A stretch of 64,000 nucleotides of DNA from an uncultured Nitrososphaerota archaeon (GCA_963824385.1 CAWGPD010000004.1:576001-640000); one strand, 5' to 3'. Shown: positions 20,897 through 31,877, counted from the stretch's first letter. The notes: a model not told the origin generated them from the sequence alone. A program made the numbers and translations.

Positions 20897-22237
20897 TTAC
20901 CAGTTGTTCCTAGAGTTAAGTATTTTTTTCTTGTTAGATATAAAATCACTTATTAAAACTCTATCAATTTTTTCTGGATTTATATAATATGCTCTTCCCT
21001 TCAGATGTTTTTCAAGACTTTCAACATAACTCAACAATTCTGCTTCTTCACTTACCATGATGGTATCAATTTCAATACCCTCTTTTCTACATTTTTTTGC
21101 CTCGTGTAATGTTTTTGATTCTACTGCAGGATCAACTTGCTTATACCGATAACACAGATAGACCATCTCATTACCTATATCCAGTTTTACATCCCTTTCA
21201 TTTTTTATTTTAGAAAGAGTTGCTTGATCCGGCCTATAAAAGTGTGAATATGGCTTATCTGAGAGTATAGCATTTTTTTGTGATTCGTCATCTACAAAAC
21301 ATGCACTTGGTTGACCATCAGTTATCATAACAATTCTTTTATTTTGTGAACCATCTTTTTTTAGAATCTTTAATGATAACCTTAAAGCTGCTTGATAATT
21401 TGTATAATGAAGAAAATTATCATTGGCGTCATAGGTTTTCAGATATGGGATATCACGAGGATTGATTTGTGATGCAAGTGAACCAAAACCTACAATGTAA
21501 ATAGAATCATTAGGAAAGAATTTTTTATTTAATACATATAGCGCCCACAAAGCCTTTTTTGCTGCTTCTATTCTAGTTCCCTCTCCAGAACTTAGAGCGT
21601 ATTTCATTGTAGAGCTAAGATCTATACAGTATACAACTCCAACTTTTACCTCTTCTTTTGTTTCAAATTTTTCAAAATCATCAAATTCTATTTCAAGTGG
21701 GAATTTTATGGGTTCATCATTACTTTTTTTTCGCTGTATTACATTTAATATCGTCTTTGGCACATTCAAATGTTTGATGTCATCTCCTACTTCGAGTTTT
21801 TTTGTAGTATCAAGAATTGTATCACCTAATCCAATATTTTTAGTTTCATGAAAACCAGAGCCACTCTCATTAATTGCTTTTATTATATCTCCAAGCATTT
21901 TTTGTCCAATTTCAAAAAAAGCTTTCTTTGTTAACCATTTTTTGTCATCTTTAAGATAACCAAGTTTTTGCAAGTATTTTGTCATAGGTTCACTATTTCC
22001 ATCTACTTCTGTTTCTTGTTGACCATCATTTTTTGCTTGATTTTTGGTTGTTTCCTGTAGTGTACCTTCCAGGATGCTTTCCAAATCTTTCATTGATGGA
22101 GTTTTTTCCTTCAAGATTTGACTTGCAATTGTTTTTAGAGCTTGTTTCAGTGATTCATCAGATATTTCTGATGAGGCATTTTCAGATGTATTATTTTCAT
22201 TTTGAAAATATACAAAGTTAGTAGTATTAGCTCGCAA
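20897..22237 (-). CDS. von Willebrand A domain protein
   Basis: MIDAS DLSSTM, TNYQAAL, MITDGQPSA. Confidence 0.88.
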   Translation of the reverse strand: MRANTTNFVYFQNENNTSENASSEISDESLKQALKTIASQILKEKTPSMKDLESILEGTLQETTKNQAKNDGQQETEVDGNSEPMTKYLQKLGYLKDDKKWLTKKAFFEIGQKMLGDIIKAINESGSGFHETKNIGLGDTILDTTKKLEVGDDIKHLNVPKTILNVIQRKKSNDEPIKFPLEIEFDDFEKFETKEEVKVGVVYCIDLSSTMKYALSSGEGTRIEAAKKALWALYVLNKKFFPNDSIYIVGFGSLASQINPRDIPYLKTYDANDNFLHYTNYQAALRLSLKILKKDGSQNKRIVMITDGQPSACFVDDESQKNAILSDKPYSHFYRPDQATLSKIKNERDVKLDIGNEMVYLCYRYKQVDPAVESKTLHEAKKCRKEGIEIDTIMVSEEAELLSYVESLEKHLKGRAYYINPEKIDRVLISDFISNKKKILNSRNNW

Positions 22238-23861
22238 CGTATGTACCCTCTTTCTTATCTAGGATTTTAGGTTCTATCCAGCAAAGACCATCAAGAACTA
22301 ATTCTACAACACCAGCTTTAACCTCACTTTGTGTATTTTCAGAAATAATTAGAGTAGAATTAGAAATTTCATGCTTTTTAGTTTCTTTTACAAAGTCTTC
22401 CTGATCAGAGGTAATTTTTTGATATACATTAGTAACCAAAGTTAGGAGGGAATTGAAATTCTTCAATTGATTATTGTATGATGTTTGCATACTATTTGAC
22501 CCAAGTATTGCTTGTGATACTTGAAATGATTTACCTAGAAATTCTTTTTTTATCGAGTCAAAAATGCTTGAATCCACACCCGATAGATATTCCAGAGATG
22601 TTTCTTTCATAGCACTAGTGATTAGATTTTTTAGAACTTTTGTACGATTTTCAGTTACATCATCAAGTTCGGCAAGTTCAAACTTTACGGATTGAGCAAT
22701 AGAAAATATATCACATGGTCTTGGTACTGCCATGATGTTATGAATTAGAGATCTAGTCCTTTCTGCTTCTCCTACAAGTAATTCTAGACTATGTACTCCC
22801 ATTCTGACACTCACACCTTTATCTTGATTAATTTCATTACTAGCACGAGCAGCTTGGACAATCCTAGTTAAAATTTTCAACAAGAATACAGGAATAAGTG
22901 ATTTCGGTATTTTTGCTTCCTGTATTATTATTAGCATTTCATCAAGAAGTGATCTTGGATAATGAGTTTGAATGTGACTTTTTAGTCTATCATAAAGTGG
23001 TTCAATTATTTTTCCAGAATGAGTATAATCTATAGGATTTGCAGTTGCAAAAAATACGGTTTTTGGTTCAAAGATAACTGGATATGAACCAGTTGTGAAT
23101 CTCCCTTCTTGTAATACAGACAAGAGTGCTACTTGTTTTCTTGTATCAAGAACAGGTAATTCATCAATACAAAATAATCCATGTTTTGCTTGCATTAATT
23201 GACCTGGAGAATAAGATTCAATTTCATACATTTCTGCGCCTTTCTTTGTTATCTTGATTGCATCTATCTGGCCAACTAAATCTTTTACAGATATATCAGG
23301 AGTTGCCAACACATACTTGAATCTGTGTTTACCGTCAACCCATTCGATTTGAGTATCAAGTTTATTATTACGAATTTTTTCTACACTGTCACCATCAACA
23401 TAAAATTTTGGAATTGACATGTAATTTTCTTTATCATCTAATAATGATATTAGATCATTTGGTGGAAGATCCATAGGACAATCATTTGTTATGCTACCTC
23501 GAATTAGAGGCATTGGAGAAAGCAGTGTTTCCGCAATTGTTTGTGCTATCCTAGTCTTTGCCTGTCCTATCTGACCTACCAAAATCATATCATGGCATGA
23601 GAGTATGGCCCTATCCAAGGCAGGAATAACATCATCATCAAAGCCAATTATCCCAGGATATGTGGCACTCTTTGATTTTATCTTTAAAATTAAATTTCTA
23701 CGAAGTTGTTCCTTTGCACTAACGATTTTATAATTAATTTCTAGAAGATCTCTTAATGTCTTAATTTGTTTATAGTCTTCAGGAACACCAGCTAGAATTT
23801 CAGTATACTTTGGTTCTGAACCATAACTTCTATTAACAAGATTTTCAAGTTCTTGAGTCAA
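22227..23861 (-). CDS. Chelatase/MoxR-like AAA+ ATPase
   Basis: Walker A variant GQIGQAKT, Walker B FCIDEL, LLSVLQEG, ATANP, DRL. Confidence 0.85.
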   Translation of the reverse strand: MTQELENLVNRSYGSEPKYTEILAGVPEDYKQIKTLRDLLEINYKIVSAKEQLRRNLILKIKSKSATYPGIIGFDDDVIPALDRAILSCHDMILVGQIGQAKTRIAQTIAETLLSPMPLIRGSITNDCPMDLPPNDLISLLDDKENYMSIPKFYVDGDSVEKIRNNKLDTQIEWVDGKHRFKYVLATPDISVKDLVGQIDAIKITKKGAEMYEIESYSPGQLMQAKHGLFCIDELPVLDTRKQVALLSVLQEGRFTTGSYPVIFEPKTVFFATANPIDYTHSGKIIEPLYDRLKSHIQTHYPRSLLDEMLIIIQEAKIPKSLIPVFLLKILTRIVQAARASNEINQDKGVSVRMGVHSLELLVGEAERTRSLIHNIMAVPRPCDIFSIAQSVKFELAELDDVTENRTKVLKNLITSAMKETSLEYLSGVDSSIFDSIKKEFLGKSFQVSQAILGSNSMQTSYNNQLKNFNSLLTLVTNVYQKITSDQEDFVKETKKHEISNSTLIISENTQSEVKAGVVELVLDGLCWIEPKILDKKEGTYVAS

Positions 23862-23945
23862 TGTAGTAAATACTCTTTAAATCTGATTTAAACTGTTATT
23901 ATTTTAGTATGGTTTTTATCGGGGGTGAGGGGGATTTTTTAATAC

Positions 23946-24568
23946 TTGTCTTCACAAGAATTCAGACACATAGTTAGAATTGCGGGTAAGGATGTTCCCG
24001 GTGCCAAAAAGACCATCATAGGAGTTGGTCAAGTAAAGGGCATAGGTTACAATTTTGCAAGAGCACTTTTACAAGTTTTAAAAATCAATCCAGATAGTAA
24101 TGTAGGTTTTCTCACAGAATCACAAGTAGTAGAGATAGAGAACGCAATGAAAAATCCTTCATCTGTAAATATACCATCTTGGTTTCTAAATAGACAAAAA
24201 GACATGGACACTGGAAATGATTTTCATCTGATTACTTCTGATGTTGATTTTACCAAAAGAAATGATATTGAGAGAGAGAAAGGCATGAACAGTTGGAGAG
24301 GATTTCGTCACACATATGGATTAAAAGTTCGTGGACAAAGTACACGTACCACTGGTAGAAAAGGTGGTGCCGTTGGAGTAAAGAAAGGAGGTAAAGTTTT
24401 ACCAGCTGGTTCTCCAGGTGCTCCAGCCGCTGAAGGTGCAGCTCCTGCAGCAGCTCCAAAGGCGGGTGCAGCTCCTGCAGCAGCTCCAAAGGCGGGTGCA
24501 GCTCCTGCAGCAGCTCCAAAGGCGGGTGCACTCCTGCAGCAAAACCAGCTGCGGAAAAGAAGAAGTAG
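23946..24568 (+). CDS. rps13: 30S ribosomal protein S13 with Ala/Pro/Lys-rich tail (1-nt deletion at ~24530)
   Basis: [11 protein letters not shown]...[22 protein letters not shown]; the restored frame ends ...[10 protein letters not shown] at 24568. Confidence 0.95.
24435..24530 (+). repeat. Perfect 30-bp tandem repeat, x3 plus partial, in the rps13 tail
   Basis: ggtgcagctcctgcagcagctccaaaggcg at 24435, 24465 and 24495, encoding [10 protein letters not shown]. Confidence 0.95.
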
Positions 24569-24577
24569 GTGAATTAG

Positions 24578-25144
24578 ATGGGAGATCATCCAAAGAATTC
24601 GCGCAAAATGTGGAGAAAACCAAAGCGTCCTCTTAACTATGATTTACTAAATGAGGAATTACATGTTTTAGGTACTTTTGGTCTTAAAAACAAAAGAGAG
24701 TTATGGAAAGCACATACAGAACTTTCAAGAATAAGAAATCAAGCAAGATCACTATTAGCATTAACACAAGATATCAGAATTACAAAAGAACCAATACTTA
24801 TGAAATCACTTGCACGGGTAGGACTTGTAAAAGAAAATGCAACATTAGATGATGTACTCAACCTAAAAGTAGCGGACTTTTTATCTAGACGATTACAAAC
24901 ATTCATTCAGAAAAAAGAATCAATCAAGAGTCCATATTTGGCAAGACAGATAGTTGTTCATGGTCATGTAATGATTGGAGATAGAGTAGTTACCATCCCT
25001 TCCTACACAGTAAAAGTTGAAGAAGAAGATCAGATTCACTTGTCACCAGAATTAGACCTTAACAAGGCAAAACAACCTCTTGTCCAAGCAGTAGAAGCAG
25101 CGCAGCCAGATGAAGAAGTAAAAACTGAACAACCAGCTGTGTAA
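24578..25144 (+). CDS. rps4: 30S ribosomal protein S4
   Basis: MGDHPK...FGLKNKRELWKA...RRLQT...ARQIVVHGHV. Confidence 0.96.
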   Translation: MGDHPKNSRKMWRKPKRPLNYDLLNEELHVLGTFGLKNKRELWKAHTELSRIRNQARSLLALTQDIRITKEPILMKSLARVGLVKENATLDDVLNLKVADFLSRRLQTFIQKKESIKSPYLARQIVVHGHVMIGDRVVTIPSYTVKVEEEDQIHLSPELDLNKAKQPLVQAVEAAQPDEEVKTEQPAV

Positions 25145-25189
25145 AATACACGCAATCATTATTTATCAAGAAAATACATTAAGATCAAT

Positions 25190-26950
25190 ATGTGTTCGAT
25201 TATAGGATATCTCGGTATCAGTGCTGCAGCCCCAATAATAGTCAAGGGACTAAAAAGGATGGAATATCGTGGCTATGATAGTGTAGGAGTTGCAACTTTT
25301 TCTGAGCATCAGATCAATGTACGAAAAGGAGTAGGCAAAGTCTTAGAAGTAAATAAAACAGTAAAGCTTGACGAACTTACTGGAACAATAGGAATAGGTC
25401 ATACACGTTGGGCTACCCATGGAATGGTAACTGATGCAAATGCGCACCCACATCCATCAAGTTCAGGAGAAATTGCTATCGTACATAATGGAATAATTGA
25501 AAATCATGAAGAATTAAAAAAAGAACTTCAAACACGAGGTTATACTTTTAAAAGTCAGACAGACAGTGAGGTGATTGCAAATCTTCTTCAATATAATTAT
25601 GACAAGACAAAAGAGATTAAAAAATCCATAGTAGATACATTATCTGAACTAAAAGGAAATTACGCTTTTGTAGCAGTGTTTCAGGATGGCACGTTAGCTG
25701 CAGTAGACTACACGAACCACTCATAATTGGAGTTGGAAAAGAAGGATATTTCATTTCAAGTGATGTATTAGGATTTGTAGAATATACTGATGAAGTGATT
25801 TATCCAGATAACAAAGAATTTGTTATCATTGATTCGTCAGGATTGAAGATCTTTGATTTTGATGCAAATCCAGTACAGCACCAAATAACTAAAGTATCAA
25901 AGGAATTTGCTGATGCATACAAGGGACAATATGCTCATTACACTTTGAAAGAGATTTCGGAACAGCCTACAACAATATTGAATGCTGGAAATAATACTAA
26001 AATTGAGATAGATTTAGCTTCTGATTTGATAAAACATGCAAGAAATTTGTACATTACTGGAAGCGGAACAAGCTATAACGCAGCGTTAATTGCAAAATTT
26101 CTCTTTTCAAAATATGCAAAGATAAAGATAGATCCATTAATTTCCAGTGAAGCACAATTTTCCCCGGACATATTTGAAGAGAAATCAATTCTAATTGCAA
26201 TATCTCAAAGTGGAGAAAGTGCAGATGTATTAGAGGCTGTAAACATTGCGAAAAAGACAGGATCTAAAATCATATCAATTGTCAACATGATGACATCTTC
26301 ACTAGTTCACCAATCGTCGATTTCAATTGGACTTAACTGCGGTCCAGAGATAGGAGTTGCAGCCACTAAAAGTTTTACGTCACAACTTGTAGTATTATAC
26401 AAAATGGTCGATAAAATATGTGATGGGTGTATAGAGTTAGATCTTCCAAAGGTATCAGAGGCAATAAAGAAGGTTCTTTCTAATGATTCCAAAATTAGAG
26501 ATGTTGCAAGGAGGCTAAAAGATGTTTCAGATATTTACGTATTAGGAAGAGGTGTTCACTATCCAATTGCCTCAGAAGGATCATTGAAGCTAAAGGAGCT
26601 TACATACATTCATGCGGAGGGACTTCCAGGTGGAGAATTAAAACATGGTCCATTAGCATTAATGGATTCAAATTCATATGTTTTAATCATCAATCCAAAT
26701 GATTCTACCTACAATGATACGTTAACATCAGCAAGAGAAATTAAAGCTAGAGGAGCAAAGATAATAGGAATTTCTGATAAGCCAAGTGATGTATATGATT
26801 ATTGGATAGATATTCCCACTATCACAGAGTCATTGTATCCTCTTGTAGAGATAGTACCAATACAGACTTCTTGCATATTATGCTGCACTTGAAAAAGATA
26901 CAGATCCTGATTATCCTAGAAACTTGGCAAAATCAGTAACAGTCAAGTGA
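25190..26950 (+). CDS. glmS: Glutamine-fructose-6-phosphate aminotransferase (frameshifts ~25705 and ~26866)
   Basis: N-terminal Cys (MCSII), EYRGYDS, GHTRWATHG, SQSGESAD, ELKHGP, and PRNLAKSVTVK* in the shifted frame. Confidence 0.95.
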
Positions 26951-27998
26951 TTTTTTCATATTCTTTTTCAGTTAAATCCAAAAGACCCTTGGCATCAATT
27001 CCCGTTTTCAACATACATGCAATAGATGCACCTCCTGCACCAGCTCCTTCTTTGACAAAACCCTCTGCATATGATCGTAATCCAGAAATTTTAGATTCTC
27101 CAAGTTTTAGTTTAGCAACTAATATAGGAATATCCATAATCTGTGAAACAGTCTCGATTAAATTTGCAGATTTGTCGTCTGTGATATAAGAGGTGGTGCC
27201 AAGAGCTGTATTCTTTCCTTCAAATCCCATACTTTTTGCAAAGGCAAGTACTGCAGCCATTTGCGTTCCCCCTGCTAACATCACTCTAGATAATTCTGAA
27301 GCTGTACTAAGAATACCCGCAACTGTTGGAATCATCGGATCACCTAGTTGTGAAACAATTTCAAATGGATTCTTTGATTGTAGTCTTTTTAATGCGTCTT
27401 TTACTGTTTTAATCTTAAGCCCTACAGGATTTTCTGGCATGCTACTACTGACAAGTCCTTTAATTCCCAGTCCTTCAAGTACTCCAAGGGCAGTTGTAGT
27501 ACCACCCGGAATACTTTCACCAACAACAAGACAATCAGTCGAAGCTCCTAGGAATCTTCCAATTATTCTACCATATTCTACAGCCTTTCCAACTTCCTCC
27601 ATACTGAGTGCTGGCTCTTTTGCAATATTTTTTCCATAATCTAGATTCATATCAATAAAAGGAAGTTTTGGCGATACCTTACTGCCTGCATTTATAACAA
27701 TACTTGAAATGCTTGCTGCTTCTAATGCTGTTTTTGTTAATAATGCAGGTGTTGGTTTTCCATCAGGAGTCATAGGAATTACAGAAATACTCTTACAATG
27801 TCCGTAATGGATAAATTCAGCATCAGCAGGTCCAGTGAATTTTATTAGATCAGGGTGCTCTCCAGCTATAGTTATTCCTGGTATTTCTGATGTTGCAGTA
27901 TAAGAAATAACCAAGGAAAAAATGAATTTTTTTTGTTTGGTTTGTTTTATGAATTCTAAACCTTTTTGATTGTTTCCAAATATCTCAATGTCTTGCAA
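26943..27998 (-). CDS. cobT: Archaeal nicotinate-nucleotide:DMB phosphoribosyltransferase
   Basis: IPGITIAG, GESIPGGTTTA, GDPM, LAGGTQM, VKEGAGAGG. Confidence 0.88.
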   Translation of the reverse strand: MQDIEIFGNNQKGLEFIKQTKQKKFIFSLVISYTATSEIPGITIAGEHPDLIKFTGPADAEFIHYGHCKSISVIPMTPDGKPTPALLTKTALEAASISSIVINAGSKVSPKLPFIDMNLDYGKNIAKEPALSMEEVGKAVEYGRIIGRFLGASTDCLVVGESIPGGTTTALGVLEGLGIKGLVSSSMPENPVGLKIKTVKDALKRLQSKNPFEIVSQLGDPMIPTVAGILSTASELSRVMLAGGTQMAAVLAFAKSMGFEGKNTALGTTSYITDDKSANLIETVSQIMDIPILVAKLKLGESKISGLRSYAEGFVKEGAGAGGASIACMLKTGIDAKGLLDLTEKEYEKIT

Positions 27999-28001
27999 TG
28001 G

Positions 28002-28616
28002 TTAATCACTGCCCATAAAATTCACAAACTCTTCTTCGGTTCTAGGCTGTAATACAAAGTTAGTTTTTTTTTCTTTACCTATAGTTGAATTTGGAGAGGT
28101 TCCATAATTATGTCCAGGATACAACATGAGATCATCGTCAAGTTTGTAAATAATATCAAACAAGCTATGATAAAGCTCTTTTGCGCTTCCTCCGGGTAAA
28201 TCAACTCTTCCACAATTTCCTACAAAAAGTGCATCTCCTGAAAAGATTTTTCCATCACCAACCAGACAAATACTATCTTTTGAATGCCCTGGAGTGTGAA
28301 TCACAGTAAGTTCAGAATTACCAAACTTGATTTTTTCAGCATTAGATAATCGTATATCATTCTTTAAAGTAGAGTACTCGTGTTGCAAGATTTTAGATTT
28401 AGTATGTTTTACTATTGCATCATTTCCTATTGTATGATCAAAATGGTGATGTGTGTTTATCACATATTTGACTTTTAGACTGTTTCTTTCCAATGTTTCA
28501 ATTACCAGGTCCAAATCCCAAGATGGATCAATGATTACTGCTTCTTTTGTCTCTTCATCTTCAAGAACATAAGTGAAGTTTTGCATATTTCCTACTTCCA
28601 GTTGATGCACTATCAT
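28002..28616 (-). CDS. Metallo-beta-lactamase-fold hydrolase (glyoxalase II-like)
   Basis: THHHFDH, HTPGHS, SGDALF, YPGH. Confidence 0.9.
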   Translation of the reverse strand: MIVHQLEVGNMQNFTYVLEDEETKEAVIIDPSWDLDLVIETLERNSLKVKYVINTHHHFDHTIGNDAIVKHTKSKILQHEYSTLKNDIRLSNAEKIKFGNSELTVIHTPGHSKDSICLVGDGKIFSGDALFVGNCGRVDLPGGSAKELYHSLFDIIYKLDDDLMLYPGHNYGTSPNSTIGKEKKTNFVLQPRTEEEFVNFMGSD

Positions 28617-29263
28617 AGCGCACCAATCTCCGCTTCTGGTGGTATTCCTATTTTCTCAACAATTATCTTACCACACATATCTAGATTTTTTGGCAGTCCA
28701 ATTTTCATTTTATGAAAAGTTATAGTAACATCAGCTTTTACACACTTGTCATTTACCAGTCCTGTATCTGGATCAAGACCTGTTGGTATATCAACTGCTA
28801 ATTTGAAAGCATGTGATTGATTTATGAGATTTATTGCTGATGAGTAAGGTTCTCTGATGCTTCCAGATATACCAGTTCCAATAATTCCATCTACAATAAC
28901 TTCTGCATCAATAACAAGCCCAACAGCGTCAGATGCAAGTACAAGATTTATCGAATCCATCTTTTCTAAAATCTTCCAGTTAGATTTGGCTTCATCTGTT
29001 TTTATTTTATCAGGATGTCCTAGAAGTATGACTGTAGGTTGGCATCCAAATCCAGCCAAGTGTCGTGCCACAACAAAAGCATCACCTCCATTATTTCCCA
29101 ATCCTGCAAAAACCGTTACCTTTTTTGATGTTAAATCAGAATAGTGCTCAACAACATGTCTTGCAGTAGCAGCGCCTGCATTTTCCATCATGAGTTTTCT
29201 AAAAAAACCCATCCGATGCCCATTCTCTTCAATTTGCATCATTTGTTTTACCGTGATTTCCAT
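28613..29263 (-). CDS. nnrE: NAD(P)H-hydrate epimerase (YjeF N-terminal domain)
   Basis: LMMENAG, GNNGGD, DGIIGTG, AVDIPTG; likely start ATG 29263. Confidence 0.9.
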   Translation of the reverse strand: MEITVKQMMQIEENGHRMGFFRKLMMENAGAATARHVVEHYSDLTSKKVTVFAGLGNNGGDAFVVARHLAGFGCQPTVILLGHPDKIKTDEAKSNWKILEKMDSINLVLASDAVGLVIDAEVIVDGIIGTGISGSIREPYSSAINLINQSHAFKLAVDIPTGLDPDTGLVNDKCVKADVTITFHKMKIGLPKNLDMCGKIIVEKIGIPPEAEIGAL

Positions 29264-29572
29264 AACAATATGGAATTTTATGTTAAATATGGGCTTTACC
29301 AATGCGGAATTCATATCCGAGATTTGTCATATTATATAAAATATCAAAATTACTGGAACTATTTAGCAATCATGTAACAAATAAAGTATGAATTTCAAGA
29401 ACAATGGCAACATCATAATAATGATGATTGTGATAGAAAATTCAACATTTTGTTTGACGTGTAACAAAATATTAGATGTAAAGTTATTTTATTGAATGCA
29501 AATTATGATACGGTCATTATCATATGATAATATTTTTTTACCAGTTCAATTTATTGTGTTTTGAATTTTTAA

Positions 29573-29657
29573 TGCGGGAGAAGGGATTTGAACCCTCGAA
29601 ATCCTAAGATACTAGCCCCTCAAGCTAGCGCCTTTGACCAGGCTGGGCGACTCCCGC
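29573..29657 (-). tRNA. tRNA-Leu(GAG)
   Basis: Reverse complement GCGGGAGTCGCCCAGCCTGGTCAAAGGCG-CTAGC-TTGAGGG-GCTAG, long variable arm, GGTTCAAATCC, CTCCCGCA. Confidence 0.96.
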
Positions 29658-29706
29658 ACATTTGGTTTTACCCATGTATGGTTTTTATAAGCCTTGATTA
29701 CTTTTT

Positions 29707-29949
29707 GTGTCTGTGCTGATTCCTGTTAGATGTTTTAGTTGTGGAAATTTAATTGCGGACAAATTTAAAGAATATCAGAATCGTGTAAAAAGTGGTGAAG
29801 ATCCAAAAAAGGTTTTGGATTCTTTCGGTTTCAAAAGATATTGTTGCAGAGCTATGATATTAACATCAGTTGAAACAATACATCAAGTCATTCCATTTTA
29901 CGAAGCAATTAAGAGAAGAGAACAAGAAGTTAGAGCAGAATTAGAATAG
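29707..29949 (+). CDS. rpoN: RNA polymerase subunit N (Rpo10)
   Basis: IPVRCFSCG...RYCCR. Confidence 0.96.
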   Translation: MSVLIPVRCFSCGNLIADKFKEYQNRVKSGEDPKKVLDSFGFKRYCCRAMILTSVETIHQVIPFYEAIKRREQEVRAELE

Positions 29950-29950
29950 A

Positions 29951-31189
29951 ATGCCTCTGATTACTTCAATCATAGGCAGAATCCTTTACAACAGTAGAGG
30001 AAGTCAAACCATAGAAGTTGATGTCATATCAGATAAAAAACATATAGGACGAGTATGTGCTCCCTCAGGTGCAAGTGTTGGTAAATACGAATCTCAGAGC
30101 TTTCCTCAAGATAAGCCAGAAAAGAGTTTAGATATTTTAAAAAAAAATGTAAAGAAATTTATCGGTCTTGATCCATCAAATTTAAAAATAATTCATGAGA
30201 CTTTAAGAGAGATTGATCCAACTCCCAATTATTCTAAAGTTGGAGGTTCTCTGGCATTTGCATTAACTATTGCATCAATCGAGTCTGCTTCAAAATCATC
30301 AGATGTCCCAATGTTCAAATTATTGGCAAGAAATTCAACTTTTAGATTCCCATTTCCTCTTGGAAATATCATAGGCGGAGGAGCTCATGCAGGACCTGGT
30401 ACGCCAGATATTCAAGAAATTCTAGTTTGTGCAACGGGCTCCAAAACTATTCGTGATGCAATAGAGGTCAACTTGTCGGTTCATAAAGAAGTAGGAAAGA
30501 TTCTAGCTAAAAAAGATCCAAATTTCACAAAGGGTAGAGGAGATGAGGGCGGTTGGGCACCCAAATTAAAAAATGATAAAGCATTAGAAGTAGCTGCAAA
30601 AGCTTGTGAGCAGCTTGGTTTTACATTAGGAAAAGAAGTTTCATTAGGAGTGGATTTTGCTTCAACCACACAATGGAACGAAAAGAAAAAGAGATACGTG
30701 TATGATAGAGCAGGTTTTGAAAATACTCCACAAAGACAGATTGAATTTGCTTCAGATATAATAAAAAAATACAAACTTGTTTATGCTGAAGATGCCGTTC
30801 ACGAAGAAGATTTTGAAGGCATGGCTATCTTGACCAAAAAATTCCCACGTGTATTGGTTACAGGAGATGACCTTTTAGTAACAAATACAAAAATTCTCAA
30901 AAAAGCAATAAAAATAAGAGCGTGTAGTGGTGCCATATTAAAAGTAAATCAAGCAGGAAGCCTCTATGATGCTTTAGAGTTTGCAAAAGAGGCAAACAAT
31001 AACAATGTAAAAATAATCACATCCCATCGATCTGGAGAATCAACTGATTCCCATATATCTCACATTGGACTTGCGACTAAATCAAAGATGCTCAAGGTCG
31101 GCATATTAGGTGGAGAAAGAATAGCCAAACTTAATGAATTAGTACGACTTTCAGAGTATGATTTAATACGTGGAATGGCCGAGATTTAG
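29951..31189 (+). CDS. eno: Enolase
   Basis: NSRG, PSGASVG, GDEGG, GDDL, LKVNQ, SHRSGES. Confidence 0.95.
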   Translation: MPLITSIIGRILYNSRGSQTIEVDVISDKKHIGRVCAPSGASVGKYESQSFPQDKPEKSLDILKKNVKKFIGLDPSNLKIIHETLREIDPTPNYSKVGGSLAFALTIASIESASKSSDVPMFKLLARNSTFRFPFPLGNIIGGGAHAGPGTPDIQEILVCATGSKTIRDAIEVNLSVHKEVGKILAKKDPNFTKGRGDEGGWAPKLKNDKALEVAAKACEQLGFTLGKEVSLGVDFASTTQWNEKKKRYVYDRAGFENTPQRQIEFASDIIKKYKLVYAEDAVHEEDFEGMAILTKKFPRVLVTGDDLLVTNTKILKKAIKIRACSGAILKVNQAGSLYDALEFAKEANNNNVKIITSHRSGESTDSHISHIGLATKSKMLKVGILGGERIAKLNELVRLSEYDLIRGMAEI

Positions 31190-31198
31190 AAACACGCA

Positions 31199-31873
31199 AT
31201 GAGCAAGCAAGAAGACTTTGAACACATGGAAAAATACGTGTTATCTACTGGAATAAGAGTAGGAACTCAAGTAAAAACAAAATTTATGAACTCATTTGTT
31301 ACCAAGGCAACAAATGAAGGATTATACATTATTGACAGCAAGAAAACATTATCAAGAATTCAAACTGCAGCCAAGTTTATCAATAGAGCAGATATCACAA
31401 AAGTTCTAGTTTGTTCTGGTAGAGAATATGCCAGCACCCCAGTTGAGAAATTCTGTGAGATTACTGGTGCAACTCCTATGCTTGGAAGATTCATGCCAGG
31501 AACTCTTACAAATCCATCATTACCATATTACAGGGAACCTGAATTAGTGTTCATCTCAGATCCACAAGTAGATGAACAAGCAATTGTAGAAGCTACTAAT
31601 GCAGGAATTCCAGTCATAGGAATTTCAAATACAGATAATGTTACATCTAAAATTGATTTGATAATTCCAGCAAATAATAGAGGAAGAAAATCCTTAGCTG
31701 CAACTTATTGGTTATTAGCAAGAGAAATTCTAATGCAGAAAGGTAAACTAAAAAATGCAGAATCTATGAAATATCAGATAGACGACTTTGAAACAAAGAT
31801 AACAGAAGAAGAATTAGAAGAAGAGGCAGCAGAAAGAATGGCACCTTCAAGAATGAGAACGCAGAGGCAATAA
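31199..31873 (+). CDS. rps2: 30S ribosomal protein S2
   Basis: GRFMPGTLTNP, IPANNRGRKS. Confidence 0.96.
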   Translation: MSKQEDFEHMEKYVLSTGIRVGTQVKTKFMNSFVTKATNEGLYIIDSKKTLSRIQTAAKFINRADITKVLVCSGREYASTPVEKFCEITGATPMLGRFMPGTLTNPSLPYYREPELVFISDPQVDEQAIVEATNAGIPVIGISNTDNVTSKIDLIIPANNRGRKSLAATYWLLAREILMQKGKLKNAESMKYQIDDFETKITEEELEEEAAERMAPSRMRTQRQ

Positions 31874-31877
31874 CACA

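Noticed and set aside
24250..24636. Overlapping repetitive ORFs ([30 protein letters not shown])
   Set aside because: Alternative frames of the 30-bp repeat in rps13
29264..29572. AT-rich gap beside tRNA-Leu as an integrated element or replication origin
   Set aside because: No att duplication, integrase, ORB-like repeats or cdc6; only short AT palindromes expected by chance
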